From: Marsupella aquatica
Taxonomy: Eukaryota; Plantae; Marchantiophyta
Length of the DNA: 64,000 nucleotides
Assembly: GCA_973895155.1 (NCBI GenBank)
Contig: OZ316899.1
Location: 9,856,287-9,920,286 of the forward strand
Direction of reading: 5' to 3'
The translations under genes were made by a program, and so were the position numbers. Below the pieces are notes generated by a model. It made no database searches. It saw nothing but the letters and a program-made list of their open reading frames with translations, and had not been told where the DNA came from. Of the stretch, positions 1 to 11,604 are shown piece by piece; the stretch's first letter is position 1, and each line of letters begins with the position of its first letter.

Positions 1-3000
1 CCTCAACCTCAAGTTTGAAAACATTTATGTACACCCAGTATAGATGTTTACAAGACATGTACGACTTGCCACGCGAATGTCGTAGGAAGAAGTCCTCACA
101 AGAGCAAGCAGGGAAGATACAGATTTGCACGAAGTACGTGCTTGGTGATCAAAGGTTCTCATGGGTTCGAATTCAAAATTGCTTTCCAAAAGCATTTCCA
201 GTCCGAACATTCCATTCCCCATCCAAACTCATCTCTTCTTGTCGTGCAGACTCCATTCGCTTAGTGTGACCCACAGTGAGATTAGACCGAGGTCTTGAGT
301 TCCTCCCATTCAGACCACCCAGCCGGACATTTGGCTCCAAAAACCTCATTGTTTCTGGGAACACGTTCACATTTATCCTGAGGTCAAACAAAGATGGCGC
401 AGATCGACTCGATCCTGTTGTTCGGGCTAAGACAAGTCCTTGCTCTTCGAGGAATGTGATTTCAGAAGGAGATAAGTTCGTACCCTTCAGAACAGGCAAA
501 ATTTCAGGAAGAGGAGGAAGCTGATGAACACCACGATGCGGATGACTCTTATAACAGGTTTGGTTTGGGCAGAACCAAATCATTTCGGAGATCGGTTTGC
601 CCCTGAAGAGACGATGGCCCTTCACGACAATTCCAACAACACCGTCATACGAATGGAAGCCAACCTTCTTGATACGATTTCGACACTCATCGCGATCAGA
701 ACTCCCATTGAGTGTCCCATTACACTAGGGACCTGCTCCATACTTGGACGTCCGTCGCAGCTGCCACTGCCCCAGAAGGACATCCTTCTCGAGCACAATC
801 GTGCGTGGAAGTGGATTCTGAAGTGAGGCTGGTGCACTGAGCGGAGGTTTTGTGGATCTTGTTGTACGGGTTGTTTGAGGGGTATTTTCCAGTGAATCAG
901 TATCACCATCTGATGTGTCCATACCAGAGAGATTCACCACTCTTGTCATAGGATCATTAGAATTAGAGGGAATGGAGGCAAGGTCAGTTCTGTTTAGGTT
1001 TTCCCTTTTCAAACCACAAGTATTTGGTGTGGTTATGAGAATGGTGTCATGCCGATGGGAGTCTTGTGGAGAGACATTCCCAGTTGCATGTCCTTTCTCT
1101 TCATTGACTTGGTCACGATATCTCCGTTAAGGGGAGTACTTCTTTCCAAATCAAAGTCCGTCGCGTTGGAAAGAAGCATGTTGGTCGCATCTTCAAATAA
1201 CCTCGACGAACCTGCTTGATTGGCGGAACGAAACGCCAATTCCCATATAGTCGGTCCCTTTCCTCTATTCAACCCTTTTCGATATGCACTGTATCCCACA
1301 ACTTGAGACAGGGCTCGGTTTTGGTCCACTTTGCATGCTTCAAAAAGACCAACTTTTTTCTTTGTAGCCCAGGCTTTCATAGACGCATGCCTTGATTCTG
1401 ACCCTGTATAGTTTGGAATCAAGGCACCTTCTTCTGCGCTTTTGCTCTGCCATAGTCTGAATGCAATAATCAGTACTAGCATTGTATTACCAGTGCCCGG
1501 CGCTGGCACCGACAAGTATTTATAACATACGTGAAATACAATTTAGATTATAATTCTGGAACTTTATGGACATGTTGGACTCAAATACGAGAAAATCATA
1601 CCAACACCTGGCGCTAATATAAAGTTGATGGAAATGAAAGACAAGAGAGGAGATGGATGTCATACCACTCGAATAAAATTGCCCCACTGGCGCCATCAAA
1701 CAACCCACCAGGATATCCAGCTTTGTAGCATCATGAGCTTTCCAGGGACACAGTTTCCTGATTGCCACCAAACCACAATCTTTCGGGACACGTGATACGC
1801 TACCACAAACATTGGAGCGTTTCTTAGTTTCTCCCAAAGTCTCCGATGTTACGATTGACATTCTTCAAGTACTCCTTCCTTGGAATGCCGATGGAAATAT
1901 TGATAAAAGTGAAATGCATCAGAGCGCTCCCTCTTCAGGTCTGGGTGTCCACCAAAAAAAACATTTCGCACAGCATTCCATCCAGCTTGTGCATTGTCCG
2001 CCATAAACCCTTGGATGACAACCTCCTGTAATCCATTCTCCTTGCAAACCTCAATCATAACTCTCCAAGCCTTTTCGAAAGACTCAGTGTCTTCACCTTT
2101 CAACTGCATGTGAAAATTGTACAAAGTGCACAGAAGTTATGGTCGTAGACATGCATGCTAAAAGTAAACCAATCGGTTGTGATACGCTGCATCACATCAA
2201 AACTGACCCAGGCTCCTTTGAGTCTTCCACCAGGTTGCATCTGTCTCAAAAGATCCACACCGGAACCGTGACCCTTCGTGGTCATTTTAAAGATGTGAGG
2301 CCTGTTGTCTTGACATCCCTGACCCGGGAGCAAATACCTCTGGAGAAACGACAGGTTAATCTTCTTCTGCATTTGCGAGAGAAAATCAAGTTCACCCCGA
2401 CCCTTTTGGTCTATCCTAAAGCTCCGACAAAGAGATGCAAACTTCTGGGGAGTGGAAAGTACCATCAGAGACTTCCATATTTTAGTTTCTTCGATATCGA
2501 CCATGTCGTCAACATGTTCGCAGAGAGCTTTCACTATGGACCCTATAGCAGAATTCAAGATCCCAGCTGGTTTTGCCAGAGGATTGGCTTCATGATTTTT
2601 TTAAATTAAATCCTCAGCCATCTTCTCCGCACTCCTACAGAAGGTTTTTCTACCTGGATGGTTATGCTCACCTATATGAATCACCAGGCGGGACATATGA
2701 CTACATGTTTGCGCATCAAGTAATACTCGCGGGTACATATAGAACAAATGGGCAGGGCAGTACTTGACATAAAAAGGAATCTGATCACAATAATGACACA
2801 CAACACCGCCCTCTTCGATAAAAGATCCGACAGCATACTGACCACTAAGCTTTGGAGTACCCTGCCATGCCTTAGCGTTTGCCTTCTTCTTCCTTTGGAA
2901 GTACTCGCAGGACTTGTTCCGACATTCAATGAATCCCGTACAGGTAACCTTACCGAATTGCCAAAGTTTTTTTGGCTGAACGTTCACGGTAGTTGGAAAT

Positions 3001-3653
3001 ATGCGTGTCCAAATGTAGCAATCTTTGGCACGGTCCATGTCCCTAAGCCTAGAGCCTTTAGAGAGCATCTTGTCAATGGGTGGCAATTCAAACACGACGT
3101 TCCCGTTGTACTTAGTTGGCAGACAGGAGACTTGCTCATGTCTGAAATCACCCGTTGATATGAACCTTGATAACTCGCTATGACCAGTGGATTTGAGTAA
3201 CGTATCCATTGCACTCCGCCGATACACGACCTCCAACTGGTTAGAGCTTCCTAGAGTCTCACCTTTAACGACAGCATGTTGCGGGACTTTCATTTTCAAC
3301 GTAGGACTTGGAGTGTGATCCCCATCTTCACTAGAAGAAATCTCGACAACATCAAATGGAACTTGGGGGACACTGGACGGTCCTTCATGTTGTCTTACTT
3401 GAAGTGAGTACAAAATCCTCGCGTATAGATGCCAAAACTGTTCACCATCATCCACATTGAATGTTGTTGCATCTTCGATGTCATCACTGGTTTCAAGCTC
3501 TCGAACAATGGCCTCAATATCATTCATCTTCAAATCAAATCTCCCGCAAAGGTATCTCTCCCGGACCTGCTTGTACGTGTCTTCCACAGGGATGGGGATG
3601 GTCACAATATCTCCAGTCCCGAATCGGGATAGAACGATGGACCGCTCAGACAT
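1..3653 (-). pseudogene. MULE/Mutator-like transposase with WRKY/GCM-type Zn finger, DDE core and C-terminal SWIM finger (frameshifts and stops)
   Basis: Joins ORFs 2601-3668, 2100-2558, 1849-2124, 1033-1515, 725-1012 and 173-625. Zn finger: CTGFIECRNKSC...CHYC...C...HIGEHNHP. Core: WVSFDVM, FMADNAQA, DAFHF, GSESRHAS. SWIM read at about 30-115 on the minus strand: PACSCEDF...SCKHLYW. Probable intron about 1457-1665. Confidence 0.75.
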
Positions 3654-3930
3654 TGCAATCGAAAACAAATAACGAGGGCTGTAATGTTTCGAGGAAGAAA
3701 AGTCTATGGTAATATGGAGCTTATATCAGTCGAACATGGGAACTTCATGTTAACAGATCCGTTTGTATAAGACATAAAACATAGTCGACATAGGATCCGT
3801 TGGCACCATAAATGATTTTTGTCATTTTTCCCCAATAAGTCCGGATGTCAGACGCATACATAATGCCAAAAAAGGCACCACAAAAATCTTTAACAGACTC
3901 TAAGATATTGTATAGTTGGAACAATTTGAG

Positions 3931-4341
3931 TAGCGCCTGGCGCTAACTAAAATGTCTCAAACATAATATGCCCCAAATCTCAATATTCCATACTAGCGCC
4001 TGGCGCTAGTATACAAAAACCCTCCAGATATCCATCAATACTATGAAATAATTGGATTGAAATGATCAATGAAAATGTGAATTCTTTTAAAACTATGGAT
4101 GAAAAATACTCGTTATCACTAGCGCCCGGCGCTAGTATAGAATGCAAGTAATGTTTCCCAAAACCATTAAAACAATAGACATTTCTTTAAATATGGGGTT
4201 GTTTTGATGAAATTTATGTATTCGAGGCACCATTTCAGACCTATTCTATAGCTATTGTTTTTACTAGCGCCGGGCGCTGCCATGACAATCATCCAAATTA
4301 TCTATTTCAAGGGAAGTTGTTTATAATAGCGCCCGGCGCTA
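3931..4341. promoter_or_regulatory. Cluster of five TAGCGCC-N-GGCGCT(A/G) palindromes in the divergent intergenic region
   Basis: Copies at 3931-3945, 3994-4008, 4120-4134, 4265-4279 and 4327-4341. The regulatory role is inferred. Confidence 0.65.
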
Positions 4342-4614
4342 GTATTCCGAGTGAGGGAGGAAAACGGTCATAACGGTAACATTTAACGGTAACTTATGAG
4401 TTCCGTGTGTGTTACGCTTCTTCTACCGCTTGATTTAGCTAATTAAGTCCTCCGCATAGATACATTGGAATCCGCCAAACTTACAAGCTTCTCGCTTTAA
4501 TCAAAGAGTTCCGCTGAACTCCACCCTCCTTCTAGAATATATTACACGTTGAGAGTTGATTAGAGTTCCATAATTTCATTGTACGATAGTTCATACGCTT
4601 TTGGAAGGAAGACG

Positions 4615-7600
4615 ATGGAGGTATTCTCCTCTTCATCCAGAGGGTATAGTGCTGTTCCTGACCAAGAGCGAGCTTATTCTGAATCCTCGCAGTCTTTGTT
4701 TACTGGTTCAGTTTATACACGTCGTGTAACTCGTTCCACAAAGTTGTTGCCTCCTACTTCTGTTAGCGCTGTTTTGGTTCCTAAATCTCTGCGTAGAAAG
4801 ATGGAGAACCTCGACACGATTGCGATCCAAGATGTTTCGGACTGCGCACTCGCAGAGACTGATCTCATCTCAAAACATGTCATGTGTTTTGGAAAGGATT
4901 CTCGTGGATTTGACAAGGAGCCGCCTCGAATCCCTCTATGCCGATTGGTTCATATGGAGGTGGTTCGTACTTTGCAGAAAGATAGCTCTTCCATCGAGAA
5001 GCTGAAAGACTCGTTTCGTAGTATGGGTTACAATTCATCCATAGGAATGCGTTTCTATGTGCAGCCAACGGATGAGAATGGAATTGTTCTGACCTGTACC
5101 CAGGAAATTCGTGAGTCATGGGATCCAATTTGGCAATTGGAGAACGAGAATTTTGAGGCTGAATGCAAGGCCGATCCAGGTTTTCTCGTGTTGAAGGATA
5201 AGATGTTCTCTGTCTTCGATGGAAATCACAGGCTGTACTCATGGACGCTTGTTACCGAGGAGAACCCTGACAATCCAAAATACCATCCTCGAGTGCTCTA
5301 CACAATATTTAAGGGAGACAAGGGATCTCTTATGGAAATTGAGGCAGCTATGCACACCGTGAATCAGTAAGTTATCGTTCTTTTCCGGTACCTTCTTTGA
5401 ATCTTGCGAGTGTTCTATTTAAGAGCGCTCGGCGCTGGTTATAGATAAATTGTACTTTGACTCTAACTCGCTGCATCTCTTCGTGTAGGCTTGGCCAAGC
5501 AGTTGTTGAGCCATCCTGGATTCTCGATGCAGATAGACACAAACGAATTCTGGCGCATGACCTTGAGTATTACAGTAAACTGATTGACCCGGCTAATTTC
5601 AAGAAGTTTGAGAGCATTCGGCTAAAGACTCGGAAGGGGTCATGGTATATGAAGAAGATGCCACGGGAAGCTCTTGTTTACATTCTATGTGAGAATAAGA
5701 TAAAGTCCTATTCTCACCAATTCAAGCTTGACATGGAGGCAGCCGAGGCTCAAGGGAGTCCCTGGTCGGTGGACGAGATTTCCAAATGCCATGCGGCCAT
5801 GATGAAGGACGCAACCAAAGACTGGGCAGTGAAGTCCTCAAAAATTACGCCCTTGTTAAGTCTTGAATTTGAAGATTTTCTTAGTACATGTGCATAAATG
5901 TATGCTGTCACAGAGAGAAACAAGAGAGAGAAGAAGCCTGACGCCGTCGTATGTACAATGGACCGCGCCCGATTGTTCACTGTTGTTTCTGCCCTAGACC
6001 CAAAGTTGCGGAGCATCCTACTTGTGGCACATTGCAATCCTGAGCTGCGGAGACTGTTTTTCCACCCGGCAAGTGTTAACGATGACCCAGTCAAACAATG
6101 GTGTCATACTTGGATCACTTGGAATAGTGTAGAGGGAATTGCTGTCGGCATGTTACATTCATGTCTGCGTGAAGTAGAGCAAACAATGCCCGCGACTAGA
6201 TTGGAAGAGTGGAATTGTGGTTTGTTTGATGATCTCGTTCAGTTTGTTACAAATGAATTCAAGAGATATGGTGATTCTGTGAAGAGTAAGTTCTTTCACA
6301 CTATGTGGCCTTCAAAGTATCCAGACAAAGAAGACTATACCCAGAAAAACCATAAGCGGGCTAAAAGGTATCTTTACAGGTTCTACATGCACATAGAGGT
6401 AACCAAACCTGATTACTTCTGGGCATATCCTGCAGCTTTCATGAAGTGGATTACAATAAGTGAGGATGACGCCATAGCTGATTTGTACTCCATGTACCAG
6501 CGGAGGGCATATTTCCTCCAAGACCTACGACAGAATGGGAGAGAACTCACTGCCCCTGGTATCTAGATACAGATAGATGGGATTCTCCTTTTGATCAAAG
6601 GGAGAAAGATGCATTCCATAAGCTTTCAAAGTCCCACATACCAGCAAAAATTGTGTCCGACATGAAGCAGGGCCTGCTAGACGATGTAGACAAGTCTGCC
6701 ACTGACTTGCAAAGTATCTGTGAAACGACTATTGTTCATGTGGACCAAAGTCGCAAACCTCGAGCGAAAGCAAAAGCGGAGTTAGCAGCACCAAGCGAGT
6801 CAACGAAATCTGGGAGGAAAAGTGAGTATAGTGTTCCCTAGTTTGGCCAGCGCCTGGCGCTGGCTTGAATTGTCATGCGAATTCACATTTCTTTCTACAT
6901 TCCTAAGCCTTTGTAACCTAAGTGATTTGCATTTGGTTAGCGCCTGGCGCTAGCTTGTTTGAATACTCAGGATTTACTTGTTCTAACTAGGACCTATTGG
7001 TAATTTAGGAGGGAGGAAGTCTAATACTGCGGGAACAGGAGATACTAAAGTGGATGCTACACCTGAAGTTTCTGAGGCAAACACCGGAGCTCGATCGGAC
7101 CCCATTACTCCTGTCGACAAGGGGAAGGTAATAGTTCCGGTTGACGCCACAAGTACCAGGAAGAAACGAAAGAGAGCTATCCAAGGTGGACCTTCTTCAA
7201 GGGAGAGTGTTGCAGCATCTGGTGTCCAACGTGAAGTTGGAAACTTCAAAACTAGAGTGTCTCGTCATGCCATGGTTGAGACAAGCATATCCAAATTTTT
7301 TGACTCCACTTTCAACAAGGGGGAAAAACCTGAATGGGTTAGTAATGTGGAGAAGTGGGGGAAGGATCTCGTTAAGTCGGGATATAAAGAGAAGGGTGTT
7401 GTGCGGGGAGGAAAAGAAAGATCGTTTGGAGTGGATGCGGGTTTCATTTACCTACCGACCGGGTTCAAACCAACGATCATAGATAAGAAGGTTCCTAAAT
7501 GGAACACTCCAGGTCACTCCATGGCTAGATCTTTTTTCAAGTCCATGGATCCATTTCTATCAGATGATGGATTCCTTGCAATTCCACACAATGGGGAGTA

Positions 7601-8794
7601 TGATCCCATGTCTCAAGTCATTGCTGCCTGTCAGGAATCGAGAAAATTTCAGTGCATATGCACGCATAATGTTGTAATGTCTGTCCCGATGTACGCGGCA
7701 AAGACAGACCGTCAGGTAATCTTGTACTCTTAACTATGTCGCATTTTGAAATATAACTCGTTTAACCTGGAGTTGCCAACTGACACTTGGGATTGCTTTC
7801 CGCAGATGTTTACCCTCAGGCTGGACATATTTGGTTGAATTAATGGGAAATGCAAAATTCCCAAAGACCCTAAATTCCGTCCACTCTCCATCAGTGAGGA
7901 CCCCTCAGTCACCAATTTGATCGGACTCCCTTCTCTCAAATCCGATCCATTCCCGCAAATGGAGTTTTCTGGAAATGCTTGCCTGTCTGTTGGGTTTATG
8001 CAATCTGTCATTGAGCTTGTCACCCGACCTTGTGATATTTTTATGGATTGGACCGCTGGGGCTGGAAGCTCCTTCATTGCTGGAGACTTCTCCGGGAGAT
8101 TTGTGCTTAGGATAGAACATAGAAAAGAATTTATTGAAACCACTTCGAAGGTTTTCATGGATTTGTTGTCTCCCAAAGAGATTGCGGTTTTACCTCCACC
8201 TATTCCTATTGCCGATAGAAAGAAGCGAGATAAGCTTCGGTCGGTACTCAATTTTGATTCTGATGATGAGTCCAATGAAGGTGGAGATGGAGAGGAACAA
8301 GGTACAGGGGACTCGGAGGAGGAAAAGGAAGAACCTCGTCGATCTCCTGATGAAACCAATAGTGATGACTCTTCCGAGTAATGTTCATAAACTCGTAAGC
8401 TTCTTTCTCCATTCCCGTCAATTTATAACATTTCTATGTTGTTTTGGAGAAAGGCACATAACTTCCTGGATTTTGTTTGATCAGGTCAGAGTGGAATGCG
8501 AGGAGACGTTTAAAATTGCGAAGGAGGGTTGCTAGACACAACATAGAAACACCAGAAAAACCTTTTGTTCTTCCCTCCTATGCAGAGAAAGCCGCAAGGA
8601 AAGCCGAGAGTACAAGGACGCTTTGCTGGGAAAACAAAGGTCTTCGGTTACGAAGGGGTGTTGACAAGAAGTTCATTAAACATTCTTATGTTGATGACTT
8701 CTCTCGCAGCCAGTACGTAGATGATGAGGCTGTGTCCACGGACAAATCCGAGAGTACAGATTCTGGTTCCAAATCAGAATCTGCAGAATTGTGA
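4615..8794 (+). pseudogene. Five-exon gene: N-terminal ParB/Srx-like domain, C-terminal beta-class N6/N4 DNA methyltransferase-like domain and acidic tail
   Basis: Exons 4615-5366, 5489-6821, 6991-7715, 7806-8377 and 8485-8794 are joined by GT-AG introns in compatible phase. Motifs: VFDGNHR (DGNHR at 5218-5232), VDAGFIYLPTG (7431-7463), FLSDDGFL, and IELVTRPCDIFMDWTAGAGSSFIAGDFSGRFVLRIE (about 8010-8117). Premature stops at 5895, 6564 and 7836, plus one frameshift. Confidence 0.7.
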
Positions 8795-9120
8795 CACGTA
8801 TTGAGGAATTTAGGGAGTAATTTTTTACCAGCGCCTGGCGCTAGTACCAACTTGTATTCAAATCCTCTCATTGAGTCCTTATAAATTAATGTATGATTCC
8901 TTGTGTTTTTTACAAGCGCCAGGCGCTCGCCAAATGGTGATTCATAAAGTGAATATTTCTGGCTCTTATTTGTGTAACATGGCCGTTTGGTCTTTGTCGT
9001 GTCCTACCAACGGTCATCAGAATGAGACAAATAGTAGTCAATACATAGTATAATATACGTTTTGGATACCAACGGCCATTTCATTTAGGTCCGTTAGTTT
9101 TCCAAAGAAACCCACATCGG

Positions 9121-9290
9121 CTGACATTTTTGGATCTCTAGGATGACATTCGGATCTCTTGTTGACAGCTTTTTTGCATGACATTTTCGGATCTCTTGTT
9201 GACGGCATCTCTCTTGGATGACATTTTAGGATCTCTTTTTGACGATAGTTTTCAAGGACGACACTTGTCACGGATGACAAGTTTTCGGAC
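9121..9290 (+). repeat. Degenerate short repeat, consensus about TGACATTTTCGGATCTCT (about 5 copies)
   Basis: Units tgacatttttggatctct, tgacattcggatctct, tgacattttcggatctct, tgacattttaggatctct and tgacaagttttcgga. Confidence 0.7.
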
Positions 9291-9484
9291 AGGCGACTAT
9301 TTTGGGACCGACACCCGTTTGCGGCCCCTTTGTGGGAGATACATTTCGGGTGTTTCGTGGGAGATATTTCTCCCGGACAAGATCTTTGGGACCCACGACC
9401 ATTTTCGGACCTTTGAGGACCTTTTGCGTACAGTTTTCACGTTTTTTCAGAGGGGAAGTTGCCACTAGATCGGATTTATTAAAC

Positions 9485-9946
9485 ATGGAGAGAAACGGTG
9501 AGCTCATGGATTGGGAGGCAGCGTTCCTCCCTTCTCGTGTGTGTCCGAAAGAGAGTCATTTCAGTTCTTTTGAGTCACGGATGGATACTGAAGAGACTGA
9601 AACCTCTACTTTCCAGAACCGTCACGTTCTACCATATGATGAGGCTATTATTCCTAGAGAAAAGAACATCCCGTGGATCGTCGATTCTCCACCGCTCCCA
9701 TTCGCAAGCAGGTTCTTGTCTCATTAGGCTGTTCCTGTTGATGGTGTACTGCCAATCGATAGGAGAGTTCAAGAAATTTTTGGGCGAGTTGACTTTTAGG
9801 ATAGTAACATTCCCAATGAAACTTATACGAGGGCAGTGCATCGGGGTCCTTCTGAGAGATACATTCGATTGCGTGGTCTTGGATTCAAGAAAAATCGAAG
9901 GAGAGAAGCGACAGGAGTGGAGGATGATTGCAATTCTGAAAGCTAG
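9485..9946 (+). pseudogene. Possible third, decayed cargo ORF of unknown function
   Basis: The frame MERNGELMDWEAAF... continues through two TAG stops to ...EDDCNSES*. It is bracketed by element palindromes at 8829, 8915, 10027 and 10150. Confidence 0.35.
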
Positions 9947-10604
9947 ATGCAATCACTTATTTGTTGTTCCTCCCGTTTTTCACGAAGAACGGCATCGCAT
10001 TGTTCAGTTTGGTGATCACTTTAAGCTAGCGCCGAGCGCTGCTTAAGCTCTTTCGATGTTTCGGGATGGAGTCACCCTCGGCTTCGTTGTTAGGGTTTTT
10101 CCCAGATGTTGTCTTCAGGAATTCCATAGTTTTTCCTACAGTTGTTGGCTAGCGCCCAACGCTACTTTTGTTTTACTGGAAATCCTCAGCCGGGGTCGAC
10201 CGTGGCTTCTGTATATCAGATTTCTAGGCCTACAGGTTTTAACTTATATGTGCATTTTTTGGACCTGCGCCGAACGCGTTATGTACTTTGCGATTATATA
10301 TGGCAGTTTTATTTTTTCCCTGTGCATTTTGACATATATTGGTCTCGGATTTTGTTTATCTCAATTGTGAGACGGTTTTATTTGTTGTAAATACATGATT
10401 CCGTCTAGTCCAATTTCCTTTCACGCGAATTTAATCGTCTTCATTTCTATACCAGTAGTTTGAAATGCATCTTTCGTCCACTTTTTTCATGATCACTGTT
10501 CACTGCTACCCAAACATTGTTCATTGGTAACAGTTTCTTTTTGCTGATAACAGTAACTGTGTTGCTGTTACTGTTATCTGTTTGCTGTCGTTTGTAAATT
10601 CCCC

Positions 10605-11152
10605 ATTGGCTGGGGGCAACAGTGACTTGAATGTGTTGGATTGTTCACCACTCTTGAATGACTGGTTAGCCAATGTTTCTTTTCATGTGAATGGGGTTGA
10701 ATACAATCAAGCCTATCTACTAGTGGATGGCATATACCCAAATTGGTCAATGTTCATCTCCACTGTCCACTCACCATAGACTGAGAATTTGAGTCACTTT
10801 GCCAAGTGCCAAGAGGGTGCTAGGAAAGATGTTGAGAGAGCATTTGGAGTTCTCTAGGCTAGGTTTTGAGATTGTGAAAAGGCTAGCCAGATCTTGGTTT
10901 TAATCCAATTTGACAAATAGTTTGATGGCATGTGTGGTGTTGCACAACATGATTCCGGAAGATGAGAGAGGAGAAGCATTTACTCCCTATCTGAGAGTCA
11001 CCCAACCAGCTATGAGACGTGGAGTAATGCCCTGGCTGGAGTACCTTGAAGCCACAAGGGAAATCCACAACAAAGACTCTCATTTCAGGTTGAAAAATGA
11101 CCTTGTGGAGCATTTGTGGGCACGTAGAGGTTCTGGGTTTGCAAACCACTGA
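10605..11152 (+). pseudogene. PIF/Harbinger transposase (nuclease) C-terminal fragment
   Basis: GGNSDLNVLDCSPL, YLLVDGIYP, QEGARKDVERAFGVL, ACVVLHNMI and LKNDLVEHLW are typical plant Harbinger nuclease motifs. Internal stops are present. Confidence 0.9.
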
Positions 11153-11197
11153 ACAGACCTGTATAGGTTCAATTCATAGGGAAGAGATATTGTTTTC

Positions 11198-11359
11198 TGT
11201 TATAACACTTAGATTACACTCTAAGTGACCAGTAGATTACACCTCAAGTAACCCTTAGAGGTTTGGACAGTTACTCAACTTCCCCACAATGTAACCCATA
11301 TATATTGACACTCCTAATAGAAGATGCATGTGTGGTTGATAAACATATTGTGTGAAACA
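11198..11359 (+). repeat. 5' LTR of Copia 11198-14749
   Basis: Direct repeat of 14588-14749 with 3 mismatches counted by eye. Confidence 0.95.
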
Positions 11360-11604
11360 TGTTATCAGCACGAGCTGACGGATGGGACGAAAAAAATAAT
11401 TTAGGGAGAGAACGATGGCGCGAAGTTGAATCTCAGAAGAAGAATTTATAAAAAAAAAATTACTCTCCCTCGATTACAACTGATTTCCAACGTTGAAAGC
11501 AGTGAGATCTCCGAATTGGAACGATCCATGGTCATACAACGATTGTCTTATCAAAGAACCTGATTACAAGCCAGCATCGAAGCATCCAGTCAAAGCGACC
11601 AATC

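Larger units (their letters stand above)
1..10170. mobile_element. Mutator-like DNA transposon, copy A (divergent transposase and ParB-like/MTase-like gene); termini not identified
   Basis: Minus-strand MULE-like transposase and plus-strand spliced partner gene. The AGCGCC-N-GGCGCT palindrome recurs from 1490 to 10164. A homologous arrangement lies at 53384-61852. The left end runs off the window and no TIR/TSD was recognised, so the right boundary is approximate. Confidence 0.7.

Noticed and set aside
7730-8359. 209-aa antisense ORF
   Set aside because: Antisense shadow of the MTase-like exon.
9464-9468. CACTA-like sequence (ccactag) as a CACTA terminus
   Set aside because: No matching TAGTG end with TIR and 3-bp TSD, and no TnpD transposase nearby.
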